The position numbers were made by a program, and so were the translations under genes. A stretch of DNA of 64,000 nucleotides from Nitrospinales bacterium (GTDB taxonomy: Bacteria; Nitrospinota; Nitrospinia; Nitrospinales; VA-1), in the NCBI GenBank assembly GCA_965205835.1, contig OZ242182.1, forward strand, positions 1,532,226 to 1,596,225, written 5' to 3'. The first letter of the stretch is position 1; the number at the start of each line of letters is the position of its first letter. Shown here in pieces: positions 30,978-40,824 of the stretch. A model generated the notes under the pieces. It did not search any database. It was given only the letters and a program-made list of their open reading frames with translations, and was not told the origin of the DNA.

Positions 30978-31856
30978 ATGATCAACAAAGGAATCATTCT
31001 AGCGGGAGGATCGGGAACCCGGCTCTATCCATTGACCCATGTTGTCAGTAAGCAGTTGATGCCTCTCTATGACAAACCGATGATATATTATCCGCTCTGC
31101 ACTCTCCTGCTGGCTGATATCCGGGATATCTTTATCATCACCACACCCCAGGACCAATCACTGTTCAAAGAATTGTTGAAGGATGGAAACCAGTGGGGGG
31201 TCAATATCAGTTATGGAGTCCAGCCTAGCCCGGACGGTCTGGCTCAGGCATCCATCATAGGAAAAGACTTTATCGGCAAAGATGGGTGCAGTTTGATCCT
31301 TGGTGATAATGTTTTTTATGGTCACGAACTGCCCGAACTCATGGAGAAGGCCCGGAAAAGGAAAACGGGTGCCACCGTTTTCGGCTATTGGGTGAAGGAC
31401 CCGCAAAATTATGGAGTGGCCGAATTTGGTCCTGATAATAAAGTCGCCAGCGTCGAGGAAAAACCTCAGGAACCTAAATCAAATTACGCTATTACCGGAC
31501 TGTATTTTTATGACAATCAGATTGTCGATATCGCTTCTTCCATCAGACCTTCGTCACGGGGGGAGCTCGAAATCACCGACGTCAACCAGGTATATCTTGA
31601 ACAATCCCTGCTATCCGTTGAGAAAATGAGTCGCGGCTTTGCCTGGCTGGATACAGGCTCTCATGAATCCCTGCTGGATGCCGCCAACTTCATAGAAACC
31701 ATTCAACGACGACAAGGACTGATGGTCTGTTGTCCCGAAGAGATTGCTTACAGTAAAGGCTGGATCACGGCAGAAAATCTGGGAAAACACGCTCGATCAC
31801 TGAAAAAAAACGACTATGGGCAATATCTTATGCGTATGATTTCTAGAGAAAAATAA
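30978..31856 (+). CDS. rfbA: Glucose-1-phosphate thymidylyltransferase
   Basis: [37 protein letters not shown] ... LGDNVFYG ... YGVAEF ... [13 protein letters not shown]. Confidence 0.95.
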   Translation: MINKGIILAGGSGTRLYPLTHVVSKQLMPLYDKPMIYYPLCTLLLADIRDIFIITTPQDQSLFKELLKDGNQWGVNISYGVQPSPDGLAQASIIGKDFIGKDGCSLILGDNVFYGHELPELMEKARKRKTGATVFGYWVKDPQNYGVAEFGPDNKVASVEEKPQEPKSNYAITGLYFYDNQIVDIASSIRPSSRGELEITDVNQVYLEQSLLSVEKMSRGFAWLDTGSHESLLDAANFIETIQRRQGLMVCCPEEIAYSKGWITAENLGKHARSLKKNDYGQYLMRMISREK

Positions 31857-31930
31857 ATACTGGATATGTTAGGAAATCGACCACCACAAAGAAACATCGT
31901 TCCCTTGATAAGTAAAAACTTAATCCGATT

Positions 31931-32854
31931 ATGAAAATCTTAGTTACTGGAATGGCGGGCTTTATTGGCTTTCACGTTTCTAAACGATTGCTCGATTCTG
32001 GCCATGAGGTGATCGGACTGGACAATCTCAATGACTACTATGACATTAATCTAAAAAAAGACCGCTTGAAAATCCTTAAAGATCACGAACAGTTCGCATT
32101 TTACGAAAACAATCTGGAAGACAAAGAAGCGATTGAACAATTATTTCAAAAAGAAGAGCCTCAAAAGGTAATTCATCTTGCCGCGCAGGCTGGCGTTCGT
32201 TACTCAATCCAGCACCCGGAAGTCTATGTTCAAAGCAATATTGTAGGAACATTCAACATCCTAGAAGGCTACCGCTACAACGCGGTAGAACATCTTATCT
32301 ATGCTTCTTCCAGCTCAACATACGGACTCAGCACAAAATATCCGTTTGCTGTTGAAGATAACGTCAGCCACCCTGTTTCATTTTACGGAGCCACAAAAAT
32401 AGCCAATGAACTGATGGCTCATTCCTATTCCCATCTTCATGGAATCCCCACAACTGGACTCAGATTTTTTACCGTTTATGGTCCTTGGGGAAGACCCGAT
32501 ATGGCCTTATTTTTATTTACGAAAGCTATTTTGGCTTCACAACCCATTGATGTTTATAACTGCGGAGATATGGAACGCGATTTCACTTATATTGACGATA
32601 TCGTAGAAGGGGTCATAAAAATAGCCAACAAATCACCCAAACCAGATCCCAGCTGGAATAGTGACAAACCTAATCCGGCCACATCATCTGCACCTTACAG
32701 GCTTTACAATATAGGGTCCAATGCACCAGTTAAGTTGATGGACTACATTCATGAAATCGAAAAAAATCTCAGGATGAAAGCCAAATTAAACCTGATGCCC
32801 ATGCAGGATGGTGATTTTTTAAAATCTCATGCTGATGTTCATAGTCTCGTCTAG
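31931..32854 (+). CDS. NAD-dependent nucleotide-sugar epimerase (UDP-glucuronate 4-epimerase-like), cut short by an in-frame TAG
   Basis: MKILVTGMAGFIGFHV ... YGATKIANELMAHSY. After the TAG at 32852-32854 the same frame continues DFGYAPKYSIESGIKKFIEWYMDYYHPS up to the TAA at 32937-32939. That stretch is the normal conserved C-terminus of this family. Confidence 0.8.
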   Translation: MKILVTGMAGFIGFHVSKRLLDSGHEVIGLDNLNDYYDINLKKDRLKILKDHEQFAFYENNLEDKEAIEQLFQKEEPQKVIHLAAQAGVRYSIQHPEVYVQSNIVGTFNILEGYRYNAVEHLIYASSSSTYGLSTKYPFAVEDNVSHPVSFYGATKIANELMAHSYSHLHGIPTTGLRFFTVYGPWGRPDMALFLFTKAILASQPIDVYNCGDMERDFTYIDDIVEGVIKIANKSPKPDPSWNSDKPNPATSSAPYRLYNIGSNAPVKLMDYIHEIEKNLRMKAKLNLMPMQDGDFLKSHADVHSLV

Positions 32855-33053
32855 GATTTTGGGTATGCCCCAAAATATTCTATTGAATCAGGGATTAAAA
32901 AGTTTATCGAATGGTATATGGATTATTACCATCCTTCATAAAGCAGGAGATTGTTAATAAGCTCTTTTGTTAGAATATTAGCTGTCCAACGCAGAGATAC
33001 ATGAGTTTTATCATAAGCACGGCCCAAGTACGGCCCAAAAAATATCTCCGCAT

Positions 33054-34048
33054 TTGTCCCAAGACACTTTGATAGTTCTGGAATCGACCACCTATCCAGG
33101 AACAACAGAAGAAGTGCTGATCCCTGAATTGGAGTCGTCTAACAACTTGAAACAAGGGCAAGATTTTTTTGTAGCTTACTCTGCAGAACGTGAAAACCCC
33201 AACAATCCAAGTTTCCGGACAGCTGACATCCCAAAAGTAATTGGGGCGGATTCTGAAATAGCTATGGAAACTGCTTCTGCCCTTTATGGAACAATTATTA
33301 AAAAATTGTTCCCGGTTTCGAGCACTAAAACAGCAGAAGCAACAAAGCTGATGGAGAATGTTTTCCGCGCCGTGAACATTGCATTGACCAATGAACTAAA
33401 AGTGATCTTCGAAAAAATGGGCATAGACGTGTGGGAGGTCATTGAGGCCGCAAAAACCAAACCTTTCGGATACATGCCTTTTTACCCGGGCCCTGGTCTT
33501 GGGGGACATTGCATCCCCATCGACCCTTTCTATTTAACCTGGAAAGCCCGTGAATATGGGGTAACGACTCGGTTCATAGAACTGGCTGGAGAAGTGAATA
33601 TATCCATGCCCGACTATGTGGTAGAAAAAATATTGTCTGCACTCAATTGAGCAGAAAAGAAAATAAGTGATTGTCGTAATTTGTTATTGGGGCTGGCCTA
33701 CAAGAAAAACGTAGATGACGAACGTGAATCTGTCACTTATAAAATAATCAATTTACTACAAAAACAGGGCGCGCATGTTGACTATAACGACCCGTTCATC
33801 CCAGAAATCAAACAAACCAGAGAGCATGAAAAACTTAAAGAAAAAAAAGCGTGCCCTTAAATGATTTAGGCTCATATGATCTGACTGCTATCTTGACAGA
33901 CCACTCGGATTACAACTACGAAAATATCGTAAAAATTCAAAAATCGTTATTGATACTCGCAACGCCTGCAAAGGTACAAAGTCCGATAAAATCATCAAAG
34001 CTTAATCCATTGACTCCACGCACATCCATAAAAACGCTCCGTTCATGA
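33054..34048 (+). pseudogene. Nucleotide-sugar (UDP-GlcNAc/ManNAc-type) 6-dehydrogenase pseudogene
   Basis: The N-terminal Rossmann ~100 aa are missing. The middle is intact (LESTTYPGTTEE ... FVAYSAERENPNN ... GGHCIPIDPFYL). An in-frame TGA lies at 33648-33650. The reading then continues LLLGLAYKKNVDDERES...GAHVDYNDPF, and a frameshift leads to YDLTAILTDHSDYNYENIV (33851-34048). Confidence 0.8.
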
Positions 34049-34929
34049 AAATTCTTCTGACAGGAAAAAGCGGGCAGGTGGGTTGGGAATTAAACCATTC
34101 ACTCTCTAAACTGGGGACCGTTTTTGCCATGGGCAGAGACCAGCTGGACCTTTCCAAACCGGAAACACTAGGCCCTGTCATTCAGAAGATCCGGCCGGAT
34201 ATCATTATCAATGCCGCCGCCTACACCGCAGTCGATAAGGCGGAGTCGGAATCTGAACTGGCCATGACCATCAACGGAATAGCGCCAGGAGTGATCGCCG
34301 AGGAAGCTCGAAAAATAGGCGCAGGAATGATTCACTATTCCACCGATTATGTTTTTGATGGGAAAGCAACATCGCCGTATGTGGAAGAGGACCCAACCTG
34401 TCCTTTAAATATTTATGGGGAATCCAAGCTGGCTGGGGAAAAAGCAGTGACCCAGACCGGCATTCCCCATTTCATACTCAGAACCGGGTGGGTGTATAGC
34501 CTGAGGAACAGCAATTTTCTGCTTACCATGCAAAAACTGGCTCAAACCAGAAAGCAGATAAAAGTTGTTGACGATCAAACAGGAGGCCCCACTTGGGCAA
34601 AAACTATTGCGGAGGGCACGGCAGGCATCCTAAGGAAAAGTCTGAAAGAGGGTGCCACGGAATCCCCGATATTTTCCCACTCTGGAATTTTTCATATGTC
34701 GTGTGGTGGGGAGACCAGCTGGTTTGGCTTTGCGAAAAAAATCCTTGAACTTTCCAGTGTTTCAAAAGACACAGAACTAATTCCCGTCCCCACCACGGAG
34801 TACCCCACTCCCGTAACTCGTCCAAAATATTCACTGCTTTCAAACAGAAGGTTGAAACAGGTCTTCCACAATGAAATGCCCCAGTGGCAGGATGCATTGC
34901 AGGAATGTCTGAACTCTGTGCTACAGTAA
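34045..34929 (+). CDS. rfbD: dTDP-4-dehydrorhamnose reductase
   Basis: MKILLTGKSGQVGWEL ... IINAAAYTAVDKAESE ... HYSTDYVFDG ... YGESKLAGE ... RTGWVYS. Confidence 0.9.
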   Translation: MKILLTGKSGQVGWELNHSLSKLGTVFAMGRDQLDLSKPETLGPVIQKIRPDIIINAAAYTAVDKAESESELAMTINGIAPGVIAEEARKIGAGMIHYSTDYVFDGKATSPYVEEDPTCPLNIYGESKLAGEKAVTQTGIPHFILRTGWVYSLRNSNFLLTMQKLAQTRKQIKVVDDQTGGPTWAKTIAEGTAGILRKSLKEGATESPIFSHSGIFHMSCGGETSWFGFAKKILELSSVSKDTELIPVPTTEYPTPVTRPKYSLLSNRRLKQVFHNEMPQWQDALQECLNSVLQ

Positions 34930-35056
34930 TCCGAGGGTCGCTGGAGCTTCCTTCTAGATTTTGTTACTATTTTACACAAAAGGATTGTCGGGAAAATACC
35001 CTTTACCAATGGCTTGAAAACTGCTTTTAAGTCGTATCGTTCCTGATTTTATAAAA

Positions 35057-36292
35057 ATGGAAAAACTTCTACCTGACACTAATTCATCCGAAACAAACCC
35101 TGCGGTTCCCGTCCTGGACAAACTGATCCAATTTTCCTTGTGCACGTTTGCCGTTTTCTCCATGTTTTCCATCAGTGTCACCCAGATTTCATTTGCTATC
35201 GGAGCATTTGCTTGGTTGATTAAGACCCACTTAACCAAATCATGGAAAGAGTTGAGAGGTACGCTGGCTGGTATTGCCATCTTGTGTTTTTGCTTGGCCT
35301 CTATTTTATCGCTAATAACCGCGGTTGATTTAGAACACAGTATAAAGTTTCTGAAGAAATTGCTTCAGTTTGTCATCTTCTTTTGGGTGGCCAATGCGGT
35401 TCAGGGCGCAAAACAAAGAGATTTGCTCATTATTCTGCTTATTGTCGCAGGGGTAGTTGCAGCCTTAAATGGACTCTTACCATTGTTAGACCCTGGCTCT
35501 TTTTCACCTGAAAGGCTCTACGGAGAAAGCAGGCGGTTACTCGGCACCACGAGCGTCGCGGCTTTTAGCGCGGCTATGATGCTTGTTAGCCTGGCGACCT
35601 TGGGAAGATTCTTGTTCCATAAGACCAAAGAATATTGGGTGCTGGGGAGTGTGGGTATTATTGGCCTTGCATTGTTGTTCGCTCAGACGAGGCAGGCTTG
35701 GCTCGGATTTTTTACAGGGACCTTATTTTTGGTTTTCTGCTGGAACAAAAAATATCTTCTGGTCTTGCCGTTATTGCTGGCAAGCCTATTATTTTTTGCT
35801 CCTGATAGAATTGTAGATCGTATGTCTAGTTTCACAGACTTGCAAGACCATTCATTCCGTGCAAGGGTATCCCTTTGGAAAGGTGGATGGGAAATTTTCA
35901 AGGACTACCCCATAACAGGGTGTGGCTATAACTGTGTGGACTTGGTTCACTCTCAATACCCTGATCCTTCAGGGTGGATTGCGCGTCTCCGGGGAATGCA
36001 CAGCAATATAATCCAATTATTGGTGGATACTGGAATTGTAGGGCTGGGAACCTGGCTTTCAATCTGGGTGGCCTATTTCGTTGAAGTCTTTAAACGCTGG
36101 AGGGCTTTGGCTGGAGAAAATTTTCAAGACAATGCCGCCGGGATATTAATGGGATCATCAGCAGCGGTACTTTCCTTTTTAATTGGAGGTTTTTTCGAGA
36201 CTAATATCTACGACTCGGAAGTTGCAATGTTGCTGTATTTTCTAATGGGTCTTTCTTTGGCCAAAGTAGAAAAAGTGACCAGAGCTGACTAG
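35057..36292 (+). CDS. O-antigen ligase (WaaL/Wzy_C) family membrane protein
   Basis: The protein has about 10-12 TM helices. The Wzy_C segment reads AQTRQAWLGFFTGTLFLVF, and the periplasmic loop ends in GMHSNIIQLLVDTGIVGL. Confidence 0.8.
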   Translation: MEKLLPDTNSSETNPAVPVLDKLIQFSLCTFAVFSMFSISVTQISFAIGAFAWLIKTHLTKSWKELRGTLAGIAILCFCLASILSLITAVDLEHSIKFLKKLLQFVIFFWVANAVQGAKQRDLLIILLIVAGVVAALNGLLPLLDPGSFSPERLYGESRRLLGTTSVAAFSAAMMLVSLATLGRFLFHKTKEYWVLGSVGIIGLALLFAQTRQAWLGFFTGTLFLVFCWNKKYLLVLPLLLASLLFFAPDRIVDRMSSFTDLQDHSFRARVSLWKGGWEIFKDYPITGCGYNCVDLVHSQYPDPSGWIARLRGMHSNIIQLLVDTGIVGLGTWLSIWVAYFVEVFKRWRALAGENFQDNAAGILMGSSAAVLSFLIGGFFETNIYDSEVAMLLYFLMGLSLAKVEKVTRAD

Positions 36293-36432
36293 ATATTGAG
36301 CAGATTGAGCCCACGGTTGTTTTATGGCATCTTGTTTGAACAGCCATTCTATCCAGAAACAAACGTTAAAGGATTGCAACCCCAAGGAGCCAGAGGCAAA
36401 GACATTTAATCCCTTCAATGTAAGATTAGGGT

Positions 36433-37092
36433 ATGGAACAGTATTTTGAAACACTAAAACTCAAACCCGGTGCGTCTATTGAAGATGTGAAACGGGCCTA
36501 CAAGGTCCAAGTCAAGATATGGCATCCGGACCGGTTTCCAGCGGAATCGCCACACCTGCAAAAGAAGGCCCATGAAATGTTCCAGAAGATCACGGCCGCC
36601 TACAAAAAAATCTACGACGCTCACACCAGTCACAAATACAGTGGAGCTCCAGGCTGGAAGGGAAAGCGGTATACGCGGGCTTCCCGGAAATCCGCAAGGA
36701 CTACCCCCGAGTCAGACTCCCAAAAATCCGAACCCGTTCCGAGGTTTGACATCCGGGTCTGGCCCAATGGGGATAAGTATGAGGGCCAAATGTTCCAAGA
36801 CCAGATGCATGGCAGAGGAATCTTTACCTCTTCCCAAGGCTATGTTTATACCGGTGAATTCAAACATGGAAAACCCAATGGTTTAGGAAAACTGGTCTAT
36901 GACAACGGCGACCAGTATGAGGGGAGTCTCGTAAATGACATGCTCCACGGCAAAGGGAAATACCTTTACGCAAATGGGGATCGCTACCAGGGCGAATTCC
37001 AGAATGATTTACCCCACGGGCAGGGTGCCTACATCCTTACAAACGGCAATATTTATTCAGGGTCCTGGGAAAATGGCGGGCTGGTTTCCTAA
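36433..37092 (+). CDS. J-domain protein with C-terminal MORN repeats
   Basis: The J domain reads YFETLKLKPGASIEDVKRAYKVQVKIWHPDRF, including HPD. At least five MORN units follow (YEGQMFQDQMHGRG, YTGEFKHGKPNGLG, YEGSLVNDMLHGKG, YQGEFQNDLPHGQG, YSGSWENG). Confidence 0.85.
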   Translation: MEQYFETLKLKPGASIEDVKRAYKVQVKIWHPDRFPAESPHLQKKAHEMFQKITAAYKKIYDAHTSHKYSGAPGWKGKRYTRASRKSARTTPESDSQKSEPVPRFDIRVWPNGDKYEGQMFQDQMHGRGIFTSSQGYVYTGEFKHGKPNGLGKLVYDNGDQYEGSLVNDMLHGKGKYLYANGDRYQGEFQNDLPHGQGAYILTNGNIYSGSWENGGLVS

Positions 37093-37347
37093 TATCCTCC
37101 TAATGGGCTTGTTGATGTGGGTTATGGAAAACATCTTCGCGTTGATCATGGACGTAATGAGTTTGCTAAGGGATCGACACACGTTAATGGCATTGAAGGG
37201 TTTTGGGGCTTCTCCAAAACTCGCCTATCCAGGTTTCGCGGTATGAGCAAATCTACTTTTTATTTGCATCTTAAAGAATGTGAGTTTAGGTTCAATTATC
37301 GCGGTCAGGACCCCTACAAAATTCTGATCAAAATGATTAAAAATTAG
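37093..37347 (+). mobile_element. IS1595-family transposase C-terminal remnant
   Basis: VGYGKHLRVDHGRNEFAKGSTHVNGIEGFWGFSKTRLSRFRGMSKSTFYLHLKECEFRFNYRG matches the conserved IS1595/ISXO2-like DDE C-terminus (H.NxIExFW ... YLxExEFRxN). It starts directly after the stop of the previous gene. No N-terminal part is present. Confidence 0.75.
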
Positions 37348-37441
37348 CCTCTATTCTGGTCATGACCCTATAATTTGAGCAAACGAAGATGCAGACTCTT
37401 TCTTCGGCTTTATTTTGTTTTCCCCCACTGATTCCTGACCA

Positions 37442-39379
37442 ATGCACATTATTCTAAAGCACACCTCAATCTATAGTCGAAACAAAAAACGTACCATAAT
37501 GATTGTCGCAGATGCCTTTCTGGTGACGTTTTCACTGTGGTTAGCGTTTGCCTTACGCCTGGGTGAGTGGTTCTGGCCAACCCAAGGCCAAGCTTGGTTA
37601 TTTATTGCGGCTCCCCTTTTAGCTGTCCCTGTTTTTATCAAGTTTGACTTGTATCGAGAAGTAGTACGTTTCATAGGGACCAGGTCCATGATAGCGATTG
37701 CCCAGGCTACAGGAGTGTTGGCTCTATTATTGCTGTTGATCACGATTACTTTTTTTCCTTTATATGTCGCATATACCGGCAGAGAAATTTTGTTTCCCCG
37801 TTCTGTCCCCATACTTTTTTGGATGACTCTGCTGTTAAATGTGGGAGGTAGTCGGCAGATAGCCCGTTGGCTGTTATCGGAGCCTGCCATCACTAACGCT
37901 CAATCCGGAAAGAACATCCTGATATATGGCGCAGGCAGAGTTGGTTTGGAACTGGCCTCATCTTTATCTTTTAACAAGAATATATGGGTTTGGGGCATTA
38001 TTGATGATGACCTTACATTGCAGGGTCACTATATCCAAAACTTGAAAGTCTTGGGAGGTCGTTCCGAAATCGCGAAAATTCGTGCCATGACCAGCTCTTT
38101 GGAAGTCCTGCTGGCAATGCCCGAAATGTCCCGCGACACGCGTAAAGAGTTATTGAAATATCTTGAAGATAAAAACGTGGCTGTCAGAACAATACCTTCA
38201 CTCGGTGATATTACGTCCCGAGCGGTGACGGTGGATGACCTGAGAGATGTCGATGTCGGCGATTTGTTGGCACGTAAAGTCGTGGCACCAAATCAAAAGC
38301 TTCTTGCCGCCTGCATCACCAATAAAAAGATACTGGTAACCGGTGCCGGTGGGTCAATAGGTTCTGAGCTCTGCCGCCAAAGTCTGGCACTGGACCCCGT
38401 GCTTATCGTTTTGTTCGATCATTCAGAACTCAACCTCTACAAAGTTAACGCTGAGTTAGTCAATCTATGCGCAGGTACGGACTGTTCTGACGTCAAGATC
38501 ATTCCCATCCTTGGCTCCGTCACCAACAAACAGCGTGTAGAAGAAACCATCAGAAATTTCGCAATCGACACCATCTACCATGCTGCCGCCTACAAACATG
38601 TGGCTCTCATCGAAAACAACATTGAAGAAGGCGTGTTCAATAACATATTCGGTACCTATACCATTGCCCAGGCCGCCCTTGATCTGAATGTGGAACGTTT
38701 TATCCTCATATCCACCGACAAGGCTGTTCATCCAACCAGCGTCATGGGGGCAACCAAAAGAATTGCCGAACTAATAGTACAAGGGCTCGCCCGAAGAGGT
38801 GGAATAGAGCATATAAGCAGGCAAAAATCTACACGCTTTATCATAGTGCGCTTTGGCAATGTGTTAGGGTCCTCCGGTTCCGTAGTGCCCCTATTTCAGC
38901 GGCAGATAGCCTCTGGGGGTCCCATTACCATCACCCATCCAGAAGCCACTCGATATTTCATGACCATTTCAGAAGCCAGCCAACTTGTAATGCAAGCAGG
39001 CTCCATGGGTAGTCATTGCAGTACCTTCGCGCTCGAAATGGGCGATCCTGTATCAATCCTTGCTCTGGCAAAACAAATGGTTTACTTGTCCGGTCGCATG
39101 TTAAAAACCAATGAAAGCAACATAGAAAAATCAAACATTGAGATTCAGTACACCGGGTTGCAAAAGGGGGAAAAAATCCACGAAGAGCTCTTCATCGGCG
39201 ATAACATTACCAGCACCGAACATCCAATGATTTTAGAAGCTCAAGAGAGTCTTTGCGAATGGTCAGAAGTTGAGGAAATAATATCTGGACTCAAATCATG
39301 GGATAACCTTGATGACGAAGAAAAGCGACAGTTGCTTATGAAATATTCTTATGGAAAAGGACAGCAGAAATCCAGCTGA
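37442..39379 (+). CDS. Membrane-anchored polysaccharide biosynthesis protein CapD/PglF/WbpM type (UDP-HexNAc 4,6-dehydratase)
   Basis: Four N-terminal TM helices are followed by two Rossmann regions (ILIYGAGRVG; ILVTGAGGSIGSEL). HAAAYKHVALIENN, STDKAVHPTSVMGATKR and RFGNVLGSSGSV are also present. Confidence 0.9.
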   Translation: MHIILKHTSIYSRNKKRTIMIVADAFLVTFSLWLAFALRLGEWFWPTQGQAWLFIAAPLLAVPVFIKFDLYREVVRFIGTRSMIAIAQATGVLALLLLLITITFFPLYVAYTGREILFPRSVPILFWMTLLLNVGGSRQIARWLLSEPAITNAQSGKNILIYGAGRVGLELASSLSFNKNIWVWGIIDDDLTLQGHYIQNLKVLGGRSEIAKIRAMTSSLEVLLAMPEMSRDTRKELLKYLEDKNVAVRTIPSLGDITSRAVTVDDLRDVDVGDLLARKVVAPNQKLLAACITNKKILVTGAGGSIGSELCRQSLALDPVLIVLFDHSELNLYKVNAELVNLCAGTDCSDVKIIPILGSVTNKQRVEETIRNFAIDTIYHAAAYKHVALIENNIEEGVFNNIFGTYTIAQAALDLNVERFILISTDKAVHPTSVMGATKRIAELIVQGLARRGGIEHISRQKSTRFIIVRFGNVLGSSGSVVPLFQRQIASGGPITITHPEATRYFMTISEASQLVMQAGSMGSHCSTFALEMGDPVSILALAKQMVYLSGRMLKTNESNIEKSNIEIQYTGLQKGEKIHEELFIGDNITSTEHPMILEAQESLCEWSEVEEIISGLKSWDNLDDEEKRQLLMKYSYGKGQQKSS

Positions 39380-39411
39380 AAATTGTCAAGATACCCACTA
39401 CTAGGGGTAGT

Positions 39412-39480
39412 AGCTTTCTTCTGATAACGTGTTGGTCTTGAGTCATTGATTTTTCCTTACCGGGAAACCATGGTTCTTCT
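39412..39480 (-). mobile_element. Relic of the same IS 5' end as at 18440-18542, copy 2
   Basis: By hand alignment, 39412-39458 matches 18440-18486 at 42 of 47 positions, and 39459-39480 matches 18521-18542 at 17 of 22. On the minus strand, GGAAAAATCA-ATG at 39446 opens MTQDQHVIRRKL. It then diverges into the antisense of the capD 3' end, with a stop at 39336. Confidence 0.5.
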
Positions 39481-39576
39481 TCTTTGAAAAAGCTAAATCT
39501 GCAAATGCTTTTAGTTACTGGTCCAATTAAAGCAAGAGCTAATTTTTATTAATACCTCTACTTTTCGGGAGTCAAG

Positions 39577-40824
39577 TTGTTAGGAGATGTGTCTCGTGTA
39601 GTCAGTGGGCAGCTGATTGCTCAGGTAATTAATTTATTGGCATTACTGTTCGTAACTTATTTTTATAAACCAGAAGTATTTGGTGTTTTTGCCGTTTTTT
39701 CTGCTTTGGTATGGATTATGTCAATCATTGCAACAGGGCAAGCCGAGCACCTTATCATAACAATGCCAACAAAGAATGCGGCGAAATCATTAACGGTAGC
39801 CATATTTTTGGCTGTGTTGCTTATAAGTAGTTTATCCATTGTATTCTTTGAGCTTACCCTGAAACTATGGTTTCAGTCATCATCGATAAAATATAGTTTA
39901 TCGTTGTTAATTGCCCTCAATATTAGCCTTGTTAGTGTCAATCAAACAATTCGCTCTTACGCAACTTATTTAGGAGAATTCAGATGTCACGGCATGGCGG
40001 CGATCCTAAATTCCATAGGAATCACGGTTGTATCTTTAGGCTACCCAATACTAATAGACGATAGTCCATCAGTCTTAGGTTTGATTTTGGGGCAAACTAC
40101 AGGTTTAGCATTTTCTGTGGTTTCATTTGCGCTTTATACGGACATACTTCGTATCAGTAAAAAAAATATCCTTCTAGCTCCAAGGACTTTTTATGGGCAA
40201 TTATCAAAGTTACCTAGGCTGTTAGTGATGAATTTATCAAGAACGATGTGCTTTAGGTTACCGGTATTGATTGTTGGAGCTGTTGCCAGTAGTGGTGTTG
40301 TCGGTGTTTATGCGATGGCAGAAAGAATAACCTCAATTCCCACTGGCATACTAGGGTCAGCTATCGGTCAGGTATTCCGACATCGCTTTAGAAAAGATTT
40401 TGCAGATAAATCAAGGAATATCAGTCAACCACGTCAAATCATAAAAACAACTTCTATGCTCGCCTTACTCGGCTATAGCACATTTATCTGGCTTGCCGAT
40501 TGGTTGGTGTTGGTTTTTTTGGGCGAAAAATGGGCAGAAATAGTACCATTTGTGAGAATTATCGCTATCCTGGAAATGGTGAGTTTTGTGTTTTATAGCA
40601 CTGAAGACATAGCCATTATCAGAGGATCTTATAATTACCGAATGTTATGGCAGTCGGCTAATTTTTTAACACTTGCGATACTGTACTGTACCACGAACTT
40701 CACCGATTTCCTTTCTGGATTAGGGGTTAAGGGGATTGTGATTATTATGTGTGCCGTGCGATCACTACTGATAATTTATGATATTTCAAAGACGTGGCAA
40801 CCTAACATTACGAATATAAAGTGA
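39577..40824 (+). CDS. wzx: Oligosaccharide flippase (Wzx-type, polysaccharide biosynthesis protein family)
   Basis: The protein is 415 aa with about 12 TM helices. The N-terminus reads SGQLIAQVINLLALLFVTYFYKPEVFGVFAVF, as in Wzx/RfbX flippases. The start is TTG. The coding sequence is AT-rich. Confidence 0.75.
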   Translation: MLGDVSRVVSGQLIAQVINLLALLFVTYFYKPEVFGVFAVFSALVWIMSIIATGQAEHLIITMPTKNAAKSLTVAIFLAVLLISSLSIVFFELTLKLWFQSSSIKYSLSLLIALNISLVSVNQTIRSYATYLGEFRCHGMAAILNSIGITVVSLGYPILIDDSPSVLGLILGQTTGLAFSVVSFALYTDILRISKKNILLAPRTFYGQLSKLPRLLVMNLSRTMCFRLPVLIVGAVASSGVVGVYAMAERITSIPTGILGSAIGQVFRHRFRKDFADKSRNISQPRQIIKTTSMLALLGYSTFIWLADWLVLVFLGEKWAEIVPFVRIIAILEMVSFVFYSTEDIAIIRGSYNYRMLWQSANFLTLAILYCTTNFTDFLSGLGVKGIVIIMCAVRSLLIIYDISKTWQPNITNIK

